Assembly: GCA_009103225.1 (NCBI GenBank)
Contig: RHPI01003244.1
Location: 124,001 to 188,000 of the forward strand
Origin: Chlorokybus atmophyticus
Lineage: Eukaryota > Plantae > Mesostigma and Chlorokybus algae
Direction of reading: 5' to 3'
Length of the DNA: 64,000 nucleotides
The translations under genes and the position numbers were made by a program. The first letter of the stretch is position 1. The number at the start of each line of letters is the position of its first letter. Shown in pieces: positions 51,357-64,000 of the stretch. Under the pieces are notes generated by a model that saw only the letters and a program-made list of their open reading frames with translations, did not search any database and was not told where the DNA came from.

Positions 51357-51460
51357 CCCATCGCTGTCACGCCTCCATCGCGCCTCCATCGCCGTCGCGC
51401 CTCCATCGCGCCTCCATCGCCGTCGCGCCTCCATCGCGTCTCCATCGCGCCTCCACCGTT
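51357..51460. repeat. Minisatellite block 1, (CCATCGCCGTCGCGCCT / CCATCGCGCCT)n
   Basis: Read directly; same unit and orientation as the blocks at 57.15 kb and 61.95 kb. Confidence 0.92.
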
Positions 51461-51933
51461 CCTCCATTTTCGTCGCGGCTATCACAAGTTGTGACTCACA
51501 ACGCTTATTTATTAGCGGCATTTCATGACATTGTTATAAAGGTGGTTAGGGTTTCTAGGGTATTATTGTGTGGAAGTTGTAGGGGCGGGGAGTGAGGAGC
51601 TGGTGGTTGTGGTTGCTTCTTTGCAACAGGTGGGTTTTGATTATGGATATTACTAACGTGCACAATTGTTCATGGACTTTAGTTACACAACAACTTCAAC
51701 CATGGATTGAAGAGCAACACATGTTTGTTGGCGCAATGCGTTGTTGTGGTTTGTGTGGAGTTGCATTGTTTGGTCAATGTGCGCGTGCCAGTATGTGTTT
51801 ACATAATCTTCATGATGAAACACCACCTTATGCTATTGCAAATATATTCATGGATAATTACACACACACATCTTGCAAGATGCACGTTTGACAAACATGC
51901 TACGGTGGTTCCGCACGTCGACATCACACGGTC

Positions 51934-54900
51934 ATGTATTCGAGTGAATATATTCGTGGAGTTTTAGGAGAACATCCTATTGCAATTCAGTATTTAGGCC
52001 CACTCAACACTTGCATTCAACTCGACAGTCAATGGCCTCACAGTTATGGTGTCGGTATAATGAGTTCAAATTCTCTTATCAAAGGTCCATTAATTGTTTG
52101 GGATGACTATCGTTTTAATGTTGATGATGTGCCTGCATTTTTACATGAGTTATTAAATGAACTACTGAACACGAATGAGCATGTCAAACAATACTTAATT
52201 ATGTTGGAGTATCCTTCCATATGTAGTGGTATACCAATTACAAGTAGTTCTATAGTTGAACACATTGTTCAAGAACAATGTCAACGTAGCTTGCTTAATG
52301 TAGTCAATCGCAGTGAACGTTTACATGTATTAACTACATTACTTCATATTGATATGCCGACCCATAATACGCAAACACCTAATCAATTAATAGCTGGTGG
52401 AATGATTCGTCGTGACAATCAAGAATTTACTATCTTATTACATTCGTCGAAATCATCTACCAATTCAGGTTTAAGAGTAGAAGATGCTTTATTTCCAATG
52501 TTATTCCCACAAGGCGTTGGTAGTTATAATGGTGTACATATACGCTATTTCAGCAAGTATCTTCAGATGCGGTGTTCTATGGCATTTTCCATGTTTACTC
52601 TACACAAACCCTATATACTACTGATGTATCATATTCGTCAAGCGTTATTGTTGGTGAATCAATGTTGTACCATCCTATTAAATAAAACCATTGTCAAATA
52701 CAAAAAAGACAACTCTACTGCCTCAGATGAAGATGCTATCCGTCACACTATCAAATACAAAATCCCGGGTTCTATTATCGGCTCACCAGCTTGGCACCGT
52801 ACACAGTTAGGTGATTTGCTTACATTTGTGGATCATTGGGGTATGCCTACATTATTTGTGACATTAACCGCTGACGAAGTTAGTGAAACCAAGTGGCCTG
52901 AAGTTGTGGATATTAGTAATTTTGTTAAAAACATTAATCAGAATTTTACGTGGCGTGATGCTTCTATCGGAATGTGCACGTTTGTTTCATCACCGGTTTA
53001 TGGTATTTTTTCAGATATATATAATTCGACATAAGCTTTTAGGAAATGTTGAACATTATGTCATTAGTTATGAAACACAGCATCGTGGGTCATTACATGC
53101 TCATGTTATGCTGTGGTTGTCAGATGATGACATTGAACGGGTTTGTAATGAAATCGTTGCATTTATACCTGGTGATTATGACGATGTTCAACAAGAGTTC
53201 ATGGCTCCTTCACACATAAATTAACACGTGCTATTAAAATACGTTTGCAAGAAGCAATTGCACGTTTGTACTCCTGTTGGCTCAGGTTGTCGTCCTTTTA
53301 ATTCAGAGTGTCGCTATGGTTTTCCATATGATGTACAACATGAGCAAGAAGCCAAATTCAATAGTAATACGAAACGTTATTAATATTATCGTCCACGTTA
53401 TGAAGACCGTAACGTTGTTCCGGATCATACATCATTGCTATTACTTTGGGGTGCACATTGTAATGTTCAAAAGGTCACGAATGATAATTGGTCATTGTAC
53501 ATTCTGAAGTACACGATGAAAATGGAGCCCACAGGCGCATTAAACATTAGTTCAGAAAATGCTAAAGCATTGGGGTTAAATGGGTTGTTTGAAATTGAAT
53601 TACGTTTTGTGAGTGCCATGTATTTGTCAAAGCCATTAGCCTCTGCTGAAGCTGCTTTAACATGCTTAGAAATCCCGGTGATCCATAAATCAAGTCGTGT
53701 CATTTACGTCGATTCTCAAATGCCTATGCATCGTACTCAAATATTGCAAGGTGCGCAACATGTGGTGATACACTCAATTGATGTATATTGTGCTCGACCT
53801 CAGGAATTGGAAACGGTGACGTTTTGCGAGTACTTTCGCTATTATCTTCGAACAAAGAACGTGACATCGTCCGCCAGGTATGTGCTCTCAAAAGAGGTCA
53901 TGTTGGATTCTTTGGGATATGTAGTCAATCGTCTCAAAGAACAACAAGTCATTAAATTCAGTGATTGTCATCCTGTTCATAATTTAGAGGGGTACTTTTT
54001 CAATTACTTGTTACAAAAGGTGCATTTTCGCAGCAAGCATGAACCGTTGAGTGAAGAAAATGAGCAGCATTTATATTATGATGAATGCATTATACGTGGG
54101 TTTCTAGATGATGATGTAAACACTCTTGAACAACATATTATGACATATTGTACCAAACATTTATATACAGAATATCAAACTCAACAGTTACTGACTCAAA
54201 TGGTTGAAAAACAATCGGTAAATATTAATCATATCAGTACCGCCAATGGTGAGAATGAACATATGGCAGAAGTTGTAACACCACAACAAATCGAAATACT
54301 AGGATATGTTCATGAGTTTCCAAATATCGCACATGAATCGTTAAGTTCTGAATAACAACCGACATTTGATGAAATAGTGAATGAACACACCGGCTTTCAC
54401 GTAATATCAGGAACTCCCGGCTCTGGCAAAACATTTCTGACTAAAGAAAGTACTTCTTACTTACGTAATCAAGGTGTTAAAGTCATGTTGTGTGCATCCA
54501 CTGGAGCTGCGGCTATATGATTAAGTACTACAGCACGAACAGTTCATACAACGTTTGCTATACCATGTGCCAGAAGTTTTTTGCCTTACTTATCGTTAGT
54601 GGATAGTCGCTATGGCATCATGAGTGCCGCTCAAGTGTTTATCATTGATGAATACTCCATGTTAACTGCAGAGATTGTCAACTTAATATTTCTACAGATA
54701 CAACAATTATACACGCCTTCCGCGATCTTAGAGAAGGTACAGATAATATTTGTAGGTTACCATAAACAACTACCACCTATCTGTAAACATAATCGAGGTG
54801 AACACATTCAACCTTGCGATACATGCCATAGCGGTCATAGTCGTTATTGGAGCAATGCTTTCAAACACAATTTGCATACATCAATACGTCATGACAGTGA

Positions 54901-55606
54901 TTAAGAATACCTGACATTCTTAAATACTATTCGTACTCAAGTACCATCACAAAGCTTAGTAGATGACACATTACAAAATTGTATAATGAACGGTTCATGG
55001 GAAGGCAACTTTACCACTGATACCATTACAATTTGTACACATGTTCAAGATGTCATATGCTATAATAATAAAGCTATTAAGATGTTATTTTCAAATGATG
55101 AAATTTACGAGATACCATTATACAGTAATGCTATAAATTAAAATGAGTTGCAAGAATGGGTTACGGAACCAAAGTTTCATATGTTGTCATCAATAGCCAT
55201 ACATGCCAAAGTAATTCTATTAGCCAACCTTGATCTCAATATTGGTGCAGCCAATGGGGCAATGGGCATAGTAACCAAACTACGTTATTATAAAGATCGT
55301 GTTTCTGCTATTGAAGTATACATAGTTGACACTCAAAAGTCTATTGTAGTCACTCGGTCAACATACACAACATACACTCATAAAGGTTATTCTTATTACA
55401 AATCAACATTTCCATTGCAACTAGCTTACGCTATCACCGGTCATAAGGTACAAGGTGCAACCATCAAAACAACAACAATCATTGACATGCGACATGCATT
55501 TGTGCCAGGGTTATGGTATGTTGTGTTATCAAGAGTCACTAACCGTTCTTTTTTAATGTCGACGGAGATGCCTCAAGCCATTGACATGCAACCTATAAAT
55601 TGGTAG
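51934..55606 (+). pseudogene. Helitron RepHel (HUH Rep plus Pif1-like helicase), AT-rich, with frameshifts and stops
   Basis: LFPMLFPQG, GSPAW...GMPTLFVTLTA, YETQHRGSLHAHVMLWL (HUH), YILKYTMK (Y2), ISGTPGSGKT, CASTGAAA, IIDEYSM, VGYHKQLPPI, NGAMG, FPLQLAYAITGHKVQGATI, YVVLSRV. Confidence 0.93.
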
Positions 55607-55742
55607 CAGGTGAGTGGTAAATTTTGCCAAAAAGAGCTATAGTGTGTATATCTTTCATACACTTGCACGCACATCACAGTTGTTGTAGTGTATCTTACAT
55701 TAAGTCACGTTGATCGACAATTGAATCCACTTACATACGCAG

Positions 55743-56929
55743 ATGGCTTCATTCGACTCACGCGCCATTTTCAACCGCGTCAAGACTCAGCATGAAGAAT
55801 CCCCGGACCCACGCAAGCGTCCGCACCTACATGCCAAAGAGCTCAGCAATGCTCAGAAGTTGCTTATGGACAACAACGGCATACTCCCAGAAGATTATGA
55901 GGGATTGACCTACACGCAATCCGAAGCCAATGTCCTCATCAAGGATGCAATACGTATGAGCGACAAGTTCAAGCAAGAGCACAATGTCGGCATCGTCACA
56001 GGTATTAAAGCAATACACACCAATTAGATAAATACAATGCAATTATGGCCGTATGCTTGTTATTGATCTCATTTTTGCTTAGGTGGTTGCCGACACTGTA
56101 TGAAGATGTTAGGCCATGACCTTCCTGCCAACATAAAGCGCACTATTTCATTTGCAGCTTGGAACCAAGTCTTCACCGAGCTTAACCCAAAACTTAAAGA
56201 GTCGGGACAAAAACCAATTCGCGCCAATTAAATGGTTGAATTGGTGATTATCTACAAGGCTTGCTCTTTTGAGGAGGCTAAGGTCCTTTCCGACGGAGAA
56301 GCCGCTGATTATGTGGATGCCCTTCATGAAGCCGACCCCTACAACAAGAAGAACAATAACACAACTTCCGATGAGGTATGTAAACATTTTGTAGTCATTA
56401 TGCATTGTTATAACCTAACTATCAATCAACATACATGCTAGGTGGGGGATGAGGTGCGTGATTTACTCAGCAATAGTTGCATGAGCACTACTTTGGCTCT
56501 GCCCGCAACCCCCTTACTCATAGCCACACGCAGCAACCGTGTCGGAAGCGCAAAACCTTAAAGACCTCTCACGGCTTTCAAAGCCGTACACAAGTTGTGT
56601 ACTTGCTACGACATTTACATGAAGGCAAAGTTTATATCGGACAAACCAACAATCTAGTACGAAGGTTTCATGAGCACCGACGCCATCCACCACGCAAGAT
56701 GTTAAAAGACTTGGATGCAAGCAAGCCATTTGCCAATCAAATAGAAATGCGCTCATTGGGGTGGGCCACTACCAAAGAAGAGCTGGACACATTAGAAACC
56801 AAGGTCATTCGAGAATATGACTCGCGTGGGCCTAATGGTTACAATATAGATCAAGGTAACCCAGCTAAGATCAAGGCATTTTGGGCACGTTGGCGCAAGA
56901 ATCCTCATTTTGGTAGACGCAAGCGTTAA
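55743..56929 (+). CDS. Predicted 4-exon gene: unknown N-terminal domain plus C-terminal GIY-YIG endonuclease; one premature TAA at 56229-56231
   Basis: Exons 55743-56001, 56083-56375, 56442-56453 and 56534-56929 are phase-compatible. GIY-YIG motifs: VVYLL...KVYIGQTNNLVRRFHEH...LETKVI...GYNI. Confidence 0.75.
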
Positions 56930-57154
56930 AATGGTAAAATTAGCAATAAACAACATAGTGCCAGCATGAAAAATGCACTGTGCTGTAATATGTTGTATTA
57001 TATACGGTCATGTACATGTACCAAATGTGCATACTGATTGATGAAATTGCATGCATGCGTATATGCATCATTACTAAGGATTGCATAGGTGAAATCAATC
57101 ACCTTCATGCACACTGACAATTTATTTAATCAATAGCAGTCGCCGCTCATTACT

Positions 57155-57305
57155 ACCTCCATCGCGCCTCCATCGCCATCGCGCCTCCATCGACGTCGCG
57201 CCTCCATCGCGCCTCCATCGACGCCTCACCTCCATCGCGCTTCCATCAACGTCGCGTCGCCATCACGCCTCCATCGCCGTCGCGCCTCCATCGCGCCTCT
57301 ATCGC
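57155..57305. repeat. Minisatellite block 2 (same unit as block 1)
   Basis: Read directly from the sequence. Confidence 0.92.
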
Positions 57306-57594
57306 GACACCATGAAATGCAATAATAAATAAGCAATGGCCAGAGTTAAACGGGCAATATATTCCTCATAATAATTCCACATTGATGTCAATACGCTGAA
57401 TGTCACTATATAAAAAGACCAATAAAAATGTACCAACAAATACAAAATGCTTCATTCATACCAACCTCGTCCATACACTTTGTGACACAAATCAATATAA
57501 TATATTATGTATACATAACTAGTACAAATGCATCGTTGTCAATCAAAATTAACTGACTAAGTCTTGGCACAAAACAACTAGTACACCAACCGAA

Positions 57595-60500
57595 TCAACC
57601 CAACAAATTCACCACCGAATGCAACAATACACGCTTGATCTGCCAACAAAACATGTCAGCAACTTGAAATAACCATGGCCATCAGCCACATCACATCAGC
57701 ATTTTTTACAATACCTCTAACTTGTCCTCTTTGTTACCATGACGTCGAGGGAGAGCACGTAACTCGTGTGTCTGCTTGAGACATTGGCCAACACTTTCCG
57801 GAGCCACAAAATTCATAGCCATTTTGATACAGGAATGTAAAAGTTAAGATTCATACAACATCAATACCCACCACAAAGCTCACCAACTCTACCATACCTG
57901 TAAGTTGCGTACTTGATGTGGGCATCCAGCCGGGATAAAAACAGCGTCTCCCTCGTACTGGATAAAACGCCAAGGTACAACACCTGACATTCAACGATGA
58001 AGTGATACTCACATACTGCACGTGAATGAACTTGTACGAATTTTACCATGCTGACGGTAAAGATCTTGCAAGTGTTCCACTTTCAAGTAAAAGCTCTGAT
58101 CATAAATGGGATCAACTATCTGACAATAAATGAAGCCATCACTGAGTGACATTACAAAGAACCCACACAGTATTACAAAGCTACAGACCTTTTCACGGCG
58201 TCCATTGTGATGGTCAGGAAACTTATGCAGATTTTCCACCACATATGCGCGTAATTTGTTTGCATCTTCACGCTTGAAGATATCCCATACAGCTCCACTA
58301 ACATCCGCCTGACCAATACTCGTAGCAATCAAAACCAACTCAGTCAATATCACAGCATCACAAGCACATACCTGACATTGCATTCTAGGCTTCCTCAACA
58401 ACTGAGCAGCAGCCTTGGCATTGTGCCCATAAGGATCACTATTGAACAATAAAACATTGACCTGAAGTATTCAACAAGTCATGATGCAAGTAATTCACAA
58501 ACTAACAATATGACCAACCACACACACGCACACACACACTTACCGCATCAGACAAGTCCATATGAAGATGTGTGACTGAGTTGCCCTTTTCCAATTCTCC
58601 ACACCCATAAGCAATATAAAACTTAGGGCCTAGGTCGACAGGTATTTGATCCTGCAACAAAATACAACAACATGGCATAGTATGTTGAAATGAACCATAC
58701 AACATGCACTTAAAACAGCGTAAATAACACACACCAAGGGTACACAATTGGCCAGATTGTAGTCGCCCGGGCTGGGATGCGTGTACTCCTTGAAAGGCAG
58801 CATGGCAATAAACTCGGCAAAATGTGCTGGCAACACATCCTTAAAACAAGCCTGTGAAACAACAATGACATATAAATAACACCATCATTACAAATGAAGC
58901 ACACTAAACATGGTTGATGCACATATGCACATCACCTCAGTCGGCCAATCCTTCATCTTGAGGAACTTGCGCACAATGCCATTATCATCCCACAATCCTT
59001 CCTCAAAACCACGGAAGAACTTGGTGGTGGTCACTGGAACCTATGCACACACCATAAACACTTACCTCAATACCTTAGTGAGTAAGAATGTACCGCACAA
59101 AGACATTCATACCTCACACAAACCATCACAATCCAACACAACGATTTCGGGCGATAACCGCGCGATCTCGCGACATAGTCTGCTGGCATCCCATTGCTTC
59201 TGATCCACCACAACCCCCTTGACAACCACCGGTTGTCTACGTTGCCAATGAAATTGAAAATGCTTCAACCCTGTTTTGCCTAAAAACATTGTAAGCACAC
59301 AGTCATATCCCACACAATGGCAGCAACTTACTTCTGTTCAGCTGCTTCATGGTGGGTCGCCAAAGTTCATATTGCTGTACACGTGAAACATGCAAACGAT
59401 GAATACACCAATCCATCAGACATGCCGATACCAACAACCAACCAAAAACATCAAGTACCTCACATCGCTCATACAAGGCGGAATATACCGGAGTGACTAC
59501 CGCATGATCGTAGTTAAAACAAACAACAACACCCCTACAAAATGCATGAAGTCATCAATAACAGAAGTGTGTGACACCAATTACCACATGCCGTGTGACC
59601 CACCCGTGCTGTGGCCGTAGGTGCTGGTCTCGCTCTTGGGTGCAATGCATTCATGCCTGCATATACATGTCCATCAATGTGTCTAAATGTGCCAATCACC
59701 ACACCCAACAACAAAGCACTAACCTCTTCCGCAGTAGCAACAACTGCAGGCACCACCACCGACCAGCGTGCACGCATCAATGCATGATCAAAATGAAACA
59801 CACGCTGAATGCATATAGTGCCAACATGGCTAACGGCCTGGCATTGCGGGATCTGTGAACGAAACCGCTCATGGAAGCATTGCGCACATAAGTCATAGCC
59901 CGTGCATACAGTGCAAGTGGCATGCACGTCCTCGATGCTTCCACGACACCGATTGCTGCAAAAATAAACGACTTTGGCTCAACATGGCAAACAGGAACCA
60001 CGCCGCATACTCACCAATACAAACGTTGCCCTAGGATAACCGGCTTCTCAGTCAACTGGTACACCTCTGTGACACACGCGTCAGTTCAGCCCATGCATTA
60101 ACCAATGCCTGCACTCAAGAAGTGACATACCTGCTAAAGTCAATGCCTGCACCTGAACTTGCATTATGGACATCACCACCACACAAACATGTTGTAGAAT
60201 AAACTCCACAACCCGTGGGGCACTACCAATGCCTGATTTGCAGCTACCAGGGCTAGCACTATGCACCTGCAGCTCATAGTCACTAAGCCAGTCTTAACCC
60301 AACCAACACAATTTCAGCTCATATCATTGCCCAACCTTGCGCTTTGGGTCAGCTATAACATTGCCCAAATCCACAACACGGCCGCTTGCCGCGTGGGCGC
60401 CAGCGACGCGCACCAGATTGTCCTCGAGGAGCTCGCCCTACACAAGCTGTATCACCCAACTAACACCATCACAGCACAATGGCAACTGGCTTAACTACTA

Positions 60501-61642
60501 ACCAGTAGATGGTGCCTCAACAGATTCTTGGATGATGCCACCCGCATCTGAGCAAAACACAATGAAACACATAACATCGCCAACAAACACCATTACTACC
60601 AACCTGATATGCCACTATCCATGACCACAAGTGACGCCGCAGAAGTCCCCGCACCTGTCATTGTACGGTTACAACACCACACACAATGAACGCCTGCAGG
60701 GCACAACAACAACAACTGACCCGCAATGACATCATGGGCTACTGCAGAATCCACAGCAGCCACCGGTGCAAGACACGCAGCTGAACTCGCACCTGCTATC
60801 CTCGCAAAATGACACCAACCAAGTATCAGTACCACTCACGACAAGCACCCACACACAGCACAACAACCAATAACTCGCTTACCTTGCAAAGCAGCAACGG
60901 CAGTCGCCAGTTGCTGTGTGGTAGTAGATAATGCAGTAACATCAGCAGCAATGTCATTCATTTGGGCCTGAAGTTGGCACACCTACAAGTGCAAACTATC
61001 AACAACACAACCCCATTCCTGTCGTCATTAACATACAACTACTGACTTGAGTTTGCAAGGGAACCAGCTCGCTTGCATTGCTGCAGTCAGAACCCGCCGC
61101 AATGACATCTGAGAGCAGAACATGTCACATCCCATGCAAAACAAACAAACAAACAAGAATGCCAGTACCCGGTGCGATGTCCCTAGCCGCCAAAGGCATC
61201 TGACCACCCATAACGACAACCACTGCTTGCCTTCGTCCAGGCTTGCCACTAATCTGCATGCTCGACGTCACTACTAATCAACAAAACCACATAGTACAGC
61301 TTACCTCAACATACTGATTGAAGGCGGCTTGCGCTCGACTCCAGCTCGTGAGACACTGCATATGGCCCAATTAGAAGCCTTAACAAGGTCACACAACACA
61401 TGTCACAAACTTACAAAATCCGCTTGTCGCTTCACAGAAGCTCGCTCAACAAGAGATGCATGTGGAGGGCGAAGACCTTTCTGAAATAAACAAAAACACA
61501 ATAAATAACATGCAACAACTCCACAAAAATTGCACAAACTCACTGGGATGTCGCAAGAAGACTGCCGGGCCAACTGCTCGAGCTCATCAACCAACTCGTC
61601 ACCACCCGCATTCTGGCGCATTCGATAGTACCGACACACCAT
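57595..61642 (-). pseudogene. KDM3/JMJD1 (IBM1/JMJ24-29-like) JmjC histone demethylase gene, many exons, probably partly decayed; 5' end approximate
   Basis: [129 protein letters not shown]. One acceptor reads AT instead of AG (57835-57836), and an inferred exon has a TGA at 60349-60351. Confidence 0.85.
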
Positions 61643-61913
61643 CGAATGCAAAATGCAAGCGAACTTTCGATAGATCACCCTTGCCATTGCCAAAGCAAAA
61701 AGGACAACCCCAAGCCGCCATGTCCGACCTACGCCCATCACCGAACCTACAACACGCCCAACTAATGCACCCACAACCACATGACCGCCATCGCCGCCGC
61801 CCACCGCCACCGCCAACCACGCTGCCACTCACACCGACAAACCCTAACCCTAAACCCATATGCCCGCCGATAAACAAAACGATAATGGCGTCACCAGGAA
61901 GAATCACCGCCGT

Positions 61914-62220
61914 GCATGAACAAATCACGACCTAGCAACGCGATATCGCATCCCCATCGCCGTCGCGCCTCCATCGCTGCCACGCCTCCACCGCGTTCGG
62001 GACGCGGCGTCCCCATCGCCGTCGCGCCTCCATCGCGACTCCATCGCCGTCGCGCCTCCATCGCCGTCACGCCTCCACCGCGACTCCATCGCCGTCGCGC
62101 CTCCATCGCCGTCACGCCTCCATCAACGCCGCGCATGAACAAATCACGACCTAGCAACGCGATATCGCGTCCCCATCGCCGTCGCGCCTCCATCGCGCCT
62201 CCACCGCGCCTCCATCGCCA
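61914..62220. repeat. Minisatellite block 3 (same unit) with an internal direct repeat of about 65 bp
   Basis: gcatgaacaaatcacgacctagcaacgcgatatcgc.tccccatcgccgtcgcgcctccatcgc at about 61914 and about 62134. Confidence 0.92.
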
Positions 62221-62877
62221 AGGGTGCTGAATAAATCAAACGATAAAAGAACCGCGAACGCCGTGATATCGATATTCATTGGATGGACCAAATAAACCAC
62301 CACCATCCAGTTGATTCAACGCCGCGTTCAGCCTCCATGCTAGTTAAGCGGAGAGGATCTAATGCAAAACAACTTTGAACAAACGAAGGGGAGGAAAGCG
62401 TAAACTAAGCATTCAGTCAGCATGCACTCATCCACCAACGTGCTCGTGTACTCTTGTGCCTGCGCAATGCTGCTCATGCAAAAAAGTGTGCACCATCAGA
62501 ACCATATTTCAGTGTTGAAAGGAGCTTACCCACGCAATGTTTGCTCAACAATGAAAATGCTACCAACGCTGACCCTTTCCGCCTAGGCCGCCCTACGACA
62601 ATGGCAGTAGGTTACCAATGAGGTCAACAAGTCGGCGATGCCATTGCTGCGGTGGCACCTAAGCTTTAGTTAAGCTCAACTCGCAAAGTCAGCACACCAG
62701 ACAAATGCTGCGCTCAGCACGTTGCACAAAGGTGTGCTGTCGCGTCCGTCCAAACTTCGTCACCCCCAACCGTGAATGTTCTCCCGGTTCAGTCGTCTCG
62801 AACCGGGTTTCGTCAATATTCGTCGACAGAAGTGGTGATTTCGCCAAAGCAAACGTGACGCAGCTGAGAGGCAAGCC

Positions 62878-64000
62878 ATGGCGGCGGCGGCGGCAGCGGC
62901 GGCGGCGGTTGGCGTGGGCCTGGCGAGCCGCACTGGGACAGGTGAGCAGTAGGAGGGTTTGGTTGCTTGTTGCGTGATAACTGGGAGCTTGACTTTTGCC
63001 GGGGCACCAATGCCGTTTCGCGGGAACGTGTCTGGCTGCCACGTTGCGAACCGGTCCATGCAAGTGGTCGTGTCATATTGCTGCGTGTCACATCGGTTAG
63101 TATGCTAGTCAGGAAACAAAGCACGTACATAAGATGGTGTAGTGTTGTTTCGTATGACTGTGCGGCAGCAGAGCTATCATACGAAAGAATGTCTGTTCAA
63201 CACATCTTTGCTGCTGCAGAGCTGTCAGACGATATATTTTGTTGAACAAGCCTTGCACTTTGTAGACGATGCTTACACAATGCGGCAATGTTGGTTTGCT
63301 CGCAACAGGAAGTTCCCTTCCCTCTACGCATGCTTCATCATCAACGTTTGGCGGTTGCAAGGTCTCAGATTTTACACGGAGCAAACAGCCTGGTGGCCCT
63401 CTCAGGTGAGCACAGCTGGAGTACTGCAGCTGCTTGTTTTGCATGAGGCCGGCAGCATCTCATTTGTTGTCAGTTGGTTTGCATTGCCACAAACCAGGAA
63501 AAGATCGTGTATGCTGTAACTGCTGGTAAGATAAACCCTGCACATTATGTGCCAGTCGCTGCCCGTATCGCGAATCCAATCAACAACTGCTGGTCAGGTT
63601 GTCAAGAGCAGCAGTGCCAGCTGTGGCTGCCGTCAGCACAGAGCACTCGTGGAGTCTTCTGAACACGCCGGATGAGTCGCTGCAGCAACAGGCCGCGCGT
63701 GACCTGTGGGCAGATAGTCAATCAGCGACGAGCACAGCCGACAGGTGAGTTTGTTGTCACAGAGACAAAGCACAGCTCGTTATCACGACTCTGGAGTGAA
63801 TGTTGCTAATGATGGATGACACAGTCGTGTGTCTCATACATTGCTGTTGTCCATGTAACAGAGATGATTTGGCCAACCATCCTGGCAGCAAACCCGTGCC
63901 ATCCACCAGTGACATCGCCCTGCTCCAAAAGCTTGCCGCCGAGCGCACTGACTTTCTTTATCAATTTGATCTGCCCAGAAGGAAATTTGCAATGCCAGGT
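62878..64000 (+). CDS. 5' exons of a spliced gene of unknown function, truncated by the window end
   Basis: ATG 62878 in a gccATGg context followed by poly-Ala and a CAG/gtgagc donor. Later phase-compatible exons read ...SWSLLNTPDESLQQQAARDLW... and ...DIALLQKLAAERTDFLYQFDLPRRKFAMP. Confidence 0.55.

Noticed and set aside
61840-61860. AAACCCTAACCCTAAACCC as an interstitial telomere or PLE attachment site
   Set aside because: Only two to three units; more simply a telo-box-like promoter motif near a gene start.

Overview
Eukaryotic nuclear DNA from the green lineage, most likely a green alga and possibly an early-diverging streptophyte. This is inferred from short GT-AG introns, a plant-type KDM3 JmjC gene, a galactinol-synthase-like GT8 gene and a THI4/THI1 gene with a 3' UTR TPP riboswitch. 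Most entries in the supplied ORF track are spurious because the real genes are spliced. Host-type genes: a class-3 lipase (+) preceded by a fivefold repeated exon pair, a GT8 glycosyltransferase (+), THI4 (+) with a clear TPP aptamer about 200 nt after the stop, an intron-containing bacterial-type heparinase II/III-like lyase (-), a membrane-anchored class-3 lipase (-), and the 5' part of an unknown gene at the right edge. Mobile DNA: two nested Ty3/gypsy LTR elements (1-8769), a solo LTR, a PIF/Harbinger remnant, two Penelope-like RT remnants and a decayed Helitron. The best candidate for an undescribed system is 51.3-62.2 kb. There a Helitron RepHel, a spliced GIY-YIG endonuclease gene and a KDM3/IBM1-like JmjC demethylase gene are bracketed and separated by three blocks of one minisatellite, which suggests a Helitron carrying an anti-silencing histone demethylase. 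Also notable: a degenerate Dam-like methylase module and a UGA-CGG gag/pol junction in the gypsy element, and a splice donor inside P3 of the riboswitch. All family assignments come from motif recognition by eye. No database searches or folding programs were run, and several exon boundaries are approximate.
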